From Octopus bimaculoides (lineage: Eukaryota), in contig NC_068983.1 of the NCBI RefSeq assembly GCF_001194135.2, forward strand, positions 161,938,240 through 161,978,032: a DNA stretch of 39,793 bases. The letters run 5' to 3'. The position numbers and the translations under genes are program-made. Shown here one piece after another: positions 33,031-39,793 of this stretch (positions are counted from its first letter, which is position 1; every line of letters begins with the position of its first letter). The notes under the pieces were generated by a model, which did not search any database, was not told where the DNA came from, and saw only the letters and a program-made list of their open reading frames with translations.

Positions 33031-33093
33031 ATGTCATCATTTGCTGAAAATATTTTCAGATATTTTCTTATAGCTTTCAACGTCATTACTGGT
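33031..33093 (+). CDS. Tetraspanin 2 coding exon 1
   Basis: Acceptor ttttcag ends at 33013, ATG at 33031, donor GTAAGT at 33094. The following intron is 88 nt (90 nt in gene 1). Confidence 0.88.
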
Positions 33094-35449
33094 GTAAGTA
33101 ACATTTCTCATGTTTTAAATCAATCGGTTTCGATTAAATGATTTCTATTTTTGGATCAATTTACTTTATTTCCCATTTCAGATTCTGGGTGTTGTTGGCA
33201 TGGCTCTTACTGCACTCACAGCTTTTAAGAGAGACATCTTTCTGAAAGGGCTCAGTGAGATCAAACCGAAGAACATTGCTGATGAGTTATTGGACAACAC
33301 TGTTCTATACAGTGCTTGTATTTTGTTTGTTGTATCGAGCATTATTGTTCTGATCTCCGTTTTGGGTTGTTGTGGGGCCAGTAGTGAAAATAGATGCATG
33401 CTATGCACAGTAAGTATAGTCTCTAGATTAAACTTTCTAACTAAACATCATTTTCATATGACCACTTCTAATAAATAAATAAATTTCTACTAATTATTTT
33501 TCTTTCGGAAATATGTTTTTGTGTGAAAATATGAACTGAATGATAAATACAGTTAGAACAGCAATCAATCATTAGATAATCGATTTTATTAATTTAGAAT
33601 TGGAATTATTTGTAAGACATTTTCATAAATTTTGTAGTAAGGACTAAGAAAAGATATTGTAATGTCTTTTGAAAGAATGAGTCGACTGATGCTAACATAG
33701 GACTATATGTGAATGAAAAGAAGACAGAGTTTATCACCCTCAACACAACAGGTGAAATTGGATCATCAAACAGAAGCCTTTGAAAAATGCCAATGAGTTT
33801 ACTTACCTGGGCAACAATATTGTGTCTCCTGAAAGGTGGTGAGCAGGTAGAAACATTAGTATGCCAGGCGAAATACTTAGCAGAATTTTGTCAGGTGGTG
33901 TAGAAAACAAACAGATGTATTAGTATAACGCTCAGGAAGTGAAAAAGTCTTTAACGTTTCAAGCCTACGCTCTTCCACAGAAAGGAACACAGAAAGAAAC
34001 AAAGAGAGAAAAAAGAATGTGTAGTGGCTAGCGATCTATCATTTATATATATATATTTATATATTATTATATATTTTATTATATGTATTTATTTTCTCCT
34101 AATTAATAAATAACTCGGACAAAATAAATTGGTTAATAGATACCAGGGTAGCAAAGATCACAAAATAACTGTGGTGTAACTCCTGTTTATGAGGGAGAAA
34201 CTCCTTGATATTTTGGGTACTTGAGTATATANNNNNNNNNNAACTGTGGTGTAACTCCTGTTTATGAGGGAGAAACTCCTTGATATTTTGGGTACTTGAG
34301 TATATATAAATTTAGTGAATGGAGTAAAACGCATATGTTAACTGCATACTTTTATTTCCGACATATGTTTCGAAGAATTACAATTTATGCTATCCATAGG
34401 AATCGGCGATGATAAGTTTACATTTTTAACATCGCCGATTCCTATGGATCGCATAAATTGTAATTCTTCGAAACACATGTCGGAAATAAAAGTATGCAGT
34501 TAAAATATGCGTTTTACTCCATTCATTAAATTTTTATATTATTATATATATATATATTCTTAGTATATTGGAGTATTCCAACACACCCTAATGTAATCCT
34601 TTTATTGTCCCTTTTCCATACCCTGAGGATTTTCCATCCAAGGTATTTTTGAAATGCAAGCTTATATATTTATATGTTTTGTAGTTTAAATCGGATGCAA
34701 AATGAAACAATTGTAGGTGAAGATGTTAATTAGTTAATACATTTATTTGTATCCATTGAATCTCTTCCTTTTCAAACTTAATAATAATGTTTAATACTTT
34801 ATGACATTTTATAATATATTCATTGAAGAAATATCTCTTCAAAATACAATACATTAAACCAGTGTATCTTGGATAAAAATATCCCTATATGAAGTCTAAA
34901 TATTCTAATTGTGACCATATGTAAGAGTTTATGTCACCCCTACCCTACATATTTTTCTGGGTATTTACCATTATCTAAATGACTTTCTCAGAGACTTGTT
35001 TTTTTTTTATGTGGTTTTAGGATAATATCTAACAGTATTAATTTATGACCAGTAACTAGAATTTAACTGTCAACTCCGAGTGTCTTAATACCAGCTGTAT
35101 TAGATCTTTTGATGGTGATAAGAAGATAGATAAAAATTACAGCTAAATTACCAATCTCATGACCCCCTCGACCCACTTCTGCCATTCCAAAATTGTAGTT
35201 GTTTCTCTTTAAGTTTATTCTGCCACATTAGTAGCAGCATGGAATTCTTTCCTTCTCTAGCTCTGATGAAATATTTGCTAAAAATTATAATAGAATATCC
35301 AGACTGTTGAAAATTTGCATTTCGCAACTGAAGATGGCACTGTGTTTCAAATTGATGTAATGCTTGCATTGTTTGATTAAATGGAGCCACCTGAAACAGC
35401 TGTATTGCATTAATACCTTGACATCCTTGTTACTTATTTGCTTTATATC

Positions 35450-35522
<73 letters not shown>

Positions 35523-37955
35523 ATATATATANNNNNNNNNNNNNNNNNNNNNNNNNNNNNNNNNNNNNNNNNNNNNNNNNNNNNNNNNNNNNNNNNNNNN
35601 NNNNNNNNNNNNNNNNNNNNNNNNNNNNNNNNNNNNNNNNNNNNNNNNNNNNNNNNNNNNNNNNNNNNNNNNNNNNNNNNNNNNNNNNNNNNNNNNNNNN
35701 NNNNNNNNNNNNNNNNNNNNNNNNNNNNNNNNNNNNNNNNNNNNNNNNNNNNNNNNNNNNNNNNNNNNNNNNNNNNNNNNNNNNNNNNNNNNNNNNNNNN
35801 NNNNNNNNNNNNNNNNNNNNNNNNNNNNNNNNNNNNNNNNNNNNNNNNNNNNNNNNNNNNNNNNNNNNNNNNNNNNNNNNNNNNNNNNNNNNNNNNNNNN
35901 NNNNNNNNNNNNNNNNNNNNNNNNNNNNNNNNNNNNNNNNNNNNNNNNNNNNNNNNNNNNNNNNNNNNNNNNNNNNNNNNNNNNNNNNNNNNNNNNNNNN
36001 NNNNNNNNNNNNNNNNNNNNNNNNNNNNNNNNNNNNNNNNNNNNNNNNNNNNNNNNNNNNNNNNNNNNNNNNNNNNNNNNNNNNNNNNNNNNNNNNNNNN
36101 NNNNNNNNNNNNNNNNNNNNNNNNNNNNNNNNNNNNNNNNNNNNNNNNNNNNNNNNNNNNNNNNNNNNNNNNNNNNNNNNNNNNNNNNNNNNNNNNNNNN
36201 NNNNNNNNNNNNNNNNNNNNNNNNNNNNNNNNNNNNNNNNNNNNNNNNNNNNNNNNNNNNNNNNNNNNNNNNNNNNNNNNNNNNNNNNNNNNNNNNNNNN
36301 NNNNNNNNNNNNNNNNNNNNNNNNNNNNNNNNNNNNNNNNNNNNNNNNNNNNNNNTATATATATATATATATATATCATTCTTTAATGTCTGTTTTTCAT
36401 ATGCATGTATACATCTAAGTATATATCTGTCTGTCTGTAATTGAAATTTTCACGACATGACCAGTTTTAATGAATTTGGCCAGTTATGATTTTTAATTGA
36501 ATCCTTATATTTTCCAGTATGCCATAGTGATGTTTATCCTGATGTTATTGAATTTAATATTCTTCAGTTTGCTTATTGCTTCTCGGTCAAAGGTGAGTTC
36601 TATTTTTCCACAAAGTTCCCAAAACAACTTCATTCCCAAAACATACTACTACTACTACCAGCGTTAGAACTGCACGCATATTGCATAAAGTACAGTCTGT
36701 CTGGGGTCTCTGTTGTGACTTGACAGACAGTATAAACTCCTGGTAGACACAATATCTTCTATCAACAACATTATGATAGCGGATACTGTGCAATGTCTTC
36801 AATAATAATAATAATGGTTTCAAATTTCGTCACAAGAGCAGCCATTTTGTGTAAGGGTAATGTCGATTACATTGAGCCCAGTATGCAACTGGTACTTAAT
36901 TTGTCGACCACGGAAAGACAAAAGGCAAAGTCGACCTCGGTGGAATTTGAACTCAGAATGTAGCGATGGGCGACATACCATTAAGCATTTAACCTGGCAT
37001 GCTAACAAGTCTGCCTGTTCGCCACCTTCAATAATAATAGTAATAATGAATGCCCGGATGCAGAACCAGGCAGTGGCTCTCATGGCTTCTGGTCTTAATT
37101 CAGTGGAAATGTTATCATGTACGCGTTTTGTCTTGGTATAAAAGATGGGCTGCAGCAAATATTCTGCTGAATACCACAGATTTGCTTGTCAGTTGTTTGA
37201 CCTTAACCAGTTGAGCATGTCTTTTAGTGGCTGATGATATGTTCCTCTCTGATCACAAGCAGAAGTAGTTGGGGAGCATCGTAGCCATGTGTTGAGAGGA
37301 ATTCTTTGGCGTTTGAAGAATTCACCTCTGGAAACATGGGTATTTCATTCAATACCATTAAGCAACCCTTATTCAGGAACAAAAAAAAAAATGAAAAAAA
37401 CCAAATCAAAAAAATAAACCCAAATACTAAGCGAACAAAGATGAACCATCCCACTTCCATTGCATGTGCACACGCACACACACACACACACATTCACATA
37501 CCCCCCTTTTACATACACACATATTCACACAGAGTTGAAACGCTGTTTGATTTATTTTTTTCAGTGTACAATTTTCATCATCTCACTACCAAGTATGACA
37601 TCACCCCTTCCTTTCTTATTCATCTATCACCCCTTCCTTTCACATTCATAAAGACAAGAGTATTATTATAGTAGATTATCTCAGTAACGATGGGAGCTAT
37701 GAAAAAAATACAAAGTCCAGCAACACCACCGGATCATTCTGTGTAATTTTTCACGCAATTCCACCCAGCCATTTGACCGTGAATCCTGAGACAAGAAAGA
37801 ATCGCCCATGACAAATTTATATGTACAGATAAACTTCAATGATCTCCATTCCATTTCAGTTGGAAGAAGGAATCGAAACAGGATTGTGGATGGCACTAAA
37901 CGAAACCGAGAACAACGAGGGTTTGAGAAAAATTGTTCAAAACATCTTCATCAAT
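33031..37955 (+). CDS. Tetraspanin 2 (5' part only, 154 codons; continues beyond the window)
   Basis: join(33031-33093,33182-33409,36518-36592,37860-37955), GT-AG, phase 0. Encodes MSSFAENIFRYFLIAFNVITG|ILGVVG...VLGCCGASSENRCMLCT|YAIVMFILMLLNLIFFSLLIASRSK|LEEGIETGLWMALNETENNEGLRKIVQNIFIN. Exon sizes 63/228/75/96 match gene 1 (66/228/75/93). No CCG exon was found before 39793. Confidence 0.92.
33182..33409 (+). CDS. Tetraspanin 2 coding exon 2 (228 nt)
   Basis: catttcag|ATTCTG...TGCACA|gtaagt; 28/76 aa identical to gene 1 exon 2 without gaps (hand count). Confidence 0.94.
33680..33835 (+). mobile_element. LINE reverse-transcriptase C-terminal fragment
   Basis: IGLYVNEKKTEF...EFTYLGNNI matches GLxINxxKT...FxYLG. 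Confidence 0.6.
33949..33984 (-). ncRNA. Degenerate minimal type I hammerhead ribozyme motif (Penelope-type)
   Basis: The minus strand reads CTTT-CTGTGGA-A-GAGC-GTAG-GCTT-GAAAC-GT-T-AAAG: stem I CTTT/AAAG, stem II GAGC/GCTT, palindromic ACGT stem III. The core differs from CUGANGA at A6. Confidence 0.45.
34308..34533. repeat. Near-perfect 104-bp inverted repeat (fold-back) with 18-nt loop
   Basis: 34308-34411 versus 34430-34533, about 4 mismatches by hand count; flanked by (TA)n. Confidence 0.95.
35445..35531. repeat. (ATCT)n/(AT)n microsatellite at the edge of an ~824-N gap
   Basis: Directly visible; explains the spurious long X-filled ORFs. Confidence 0.95.
36518..36592 (+). CDS. Tetraspanin 2 coding exon 3 (TM3; 75 nt)
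   Basis: ttttccag|TATGCC...TCAAAG|gtgagt. Confidence 0.92.
36824..37030 (-). mobile_element. SINE family C, reverse copy
   Basis: ACTGGTACTTAATTTGTCGAC...AAAGGCAAAGTCGACCTCGGTGGAATTTGAACTCAGAA. Confidence 0.8.
37860..37955 (+). CDS. Tetraspanin 2 coding exon 4 (EC2 start; 96 nt)
   Basis: catttcag|TTGGAA...ATCAAT|gtaagt; aligns to gene 1 exon 4 (EE.I...L...IV...F). Confidence 0.88.
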
Positions 37956-38386
37956 GTAAGTAGATGCAGTGCACAGACACACACACACACACACACACAC
38001 ACAGATAGAAGCATTCTTACATACACAACAAACTGAAGACATGGGGGCTGAGTGTCTGCCTTAGGTATATGTGTGTATGTGTATATGTGTGCATATGTAT
38101 GTACATGTGTGTGTACATCTATGTATATGTTTGTGTGTGTGTGTGTGTGTGTGTGAGTTTGATGTATAAGTAGACAACAGCGATGACAATAAACAACGTT
38201 GACTTCTAGAACACTTGACAGTTTTTCAAAGAATCTACTGAGGGATGCATCAAAGGTTCGAAGGCAGTGGATGACAGTGGAATGGTACAACAGAAACAAG
38301 ACACGAAAACTTCATTCTATCCTTTAGATAGGATAGAATGAAGTGATGAGGTGCAAAGAATGATATCAAAAGAGAAGTTAAACATT

Positions 38387-38800
38387 AGGCGCAGGAGTGG
38401 CTATGTGGTAAGTAGCTTGCTTACCAACCACATGGTTCTGGGTTCAGTCCCACTGCATGGCATCTTGGGCAAGTGTCTTCTACTATAGCCTTGGGCCGAC
38501 CAAAGCCTTGTGAGTGGATTTGGTAGATGGAAACTGAAAGAAGCCTGTCATATATATGTATATATATATATATGTATGTGCGTGTATATGTTTGTGTGCA
38601 TGTTTGTTCCCCCAACAGTGCTTGACAACTGATGCTGGTGTGTTTGCGTCTCCGTAACTTAGCGGTTCGGCAAAAGAAACCGATAGAATAAGTACTAGGC
38701 TTACAAAGCATAAGTCCTGGGGTCGATTTGTGTGACTAAAGGTGGTGCTCCAGCATGGCCGCAGTCAAATGACTGAAACAAGTAAAAGAGTAAAAGAGTA
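38387..38800 (+). mobile_element. tRNA-derived SINE family A (full length)
   Basis: AGGCGCAGGAGTGGCTATGTGGTAAG head through to a GTAAAAGAGTAAAAGAGTA tail. Confidence 0.88.
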
Positions 38801-39272
38801 TTAGGAATATTTTAGCTAAAGAGGAACCTGAAAATAAGAGGGTTACCGTGAAGATCAATTGTGTGAGGATTTAAGGGCAGCTGGTTGTACATAGAAGAAA
38901 AGTGGGTGTGTAATAAGAGAGATTCACTATGCATCACTGCTGCCATGAAGAAGGATGACTCGACCAGAGGTTAGTGAATGAGGAGAAGGTGTAGGAGAAG
39001 CAGTTAATGTGGTTGGCTGCTTTGAAGGTTGACAGTTGTAGAGATAGAGTTATAAGAGTTGACAGCTGTTGTGGTTGACAGTTATTAAGGGTGACAGCTT
39101 TTGAGATTGACAAATATTGTTGTTAATCACTATGTGGGTTGATGGCAGTTGAGGTTGACTACTATTGTGAAGTTGACAGTTATTGAGAGCAATAGTTATG
39201 GAGGTTGACAGCTTATTGTGGTTGACTGGAAAAACCTATTGCGATTTAAAGCTATAGAAATTGGAAGTTCAC

Positions 39273-39476
39273 AGCTATGGAGATTGACAAGCTATGGAGA
39301 TTGACAAGCTATGGAGACTGACAAGCTATGGAGATTGACAAGCTATGGAGATTGACAAGCTATGGAGATTGACAAGCTATGGAGACTGACAAGCTATGGA
39401 GACTGACAAGCTATGGAGATTGACAAGCTATGGAGATTGACAAGCTATGGAGATTGACAAGCTATGGAGATTGACA
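39273..39476. repeat. 17-bp minisatellite x12 (AGCTATGGAGATTGACA)
   Basis: 12 contiguous units; units 3, 7 and 8 carry ACTGAC instead of ATTGAC. Degenerate related units extend upstream to about 39020. Confidence 0.97.
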
Positions 39477-39793
39477 GCTATTTTGGTTCACAGCGCCTAA
39501 TGTATGTGGGTATATATTTACACACATAACATAAATAGAACTCAGCATACGAGTGGATAAACGAAAGCTGTGCAAGAATCAAACCCATTGGACGGGTTGT
39601 GTGTGCGTGGGGATGAATTATAAGGGTAGAAAAGAGGTTGTGAGATCAAATGAAACATGTATTTGACAATGTTTGTTCAGCATTCGAACAGGCAGCTGTG
39701 TATGGAAAATGCATTTAATTGAAAAACTTTTTTCAGAATCCTACATTTCAGATGCTGGAGATTATGAATACGCAAAAAAAAAAAAAAAAAAAA

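Noticed and set aside
34167-34306. Exact 65-bp direct duplication
   Set aside because: It flanks a 10-N gap; assembly overlap artefact.
35364-36418. Longest ORFs in the track (286-340 aa)
   Set aside because: They consist of microsatellite plus N-gap. The same applies to ORFs at 23909-24268, 27384-27674 and 29056-29527.
39737-39793. Possible next exon of tetraspanin 2 after tttcag
   Set aside because: The phase-0 translation (NPTFQMLEIMNTQKK...) has no CCG and runs into poly-A at the window edge.

Overview
AT-rich, repeat-dense animal genomic DNA with several N gaps. The SINE families look like those of Octopus (recognised from memory, so an inference). The six-frame ORF track is mostly spurious. 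The real genes are two same-strand (+) spliced tetraspanin paralogues that I reconstructed by hand from GT-AG boundaries. Gene 1 is complete (7 coding exons, 2823-16549, 227 aa, CCG motif, very compact 4-Cys large extracellular loop). Gene 2 (4 coding exons, 33031-37955) has the same exon architecture and runs off the right edge. Introns and the intergenic region hold tRNA-type and RTE-tailed SINEs, RTE and R4/Dong LINE fragments, two deleted Tc1/mariner elements, and Helitron, Merlin, Tigger-like and Gypsy-gag relics. They also hold two fold-back elements, minisatellites, a perfect telomeric-repeat palindrome inside an inverted-repeat-bounded Merlin relic, and degenerate Penelope-type hammerhead motifs. 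All family assignments come from motif recognition; no database search was run.
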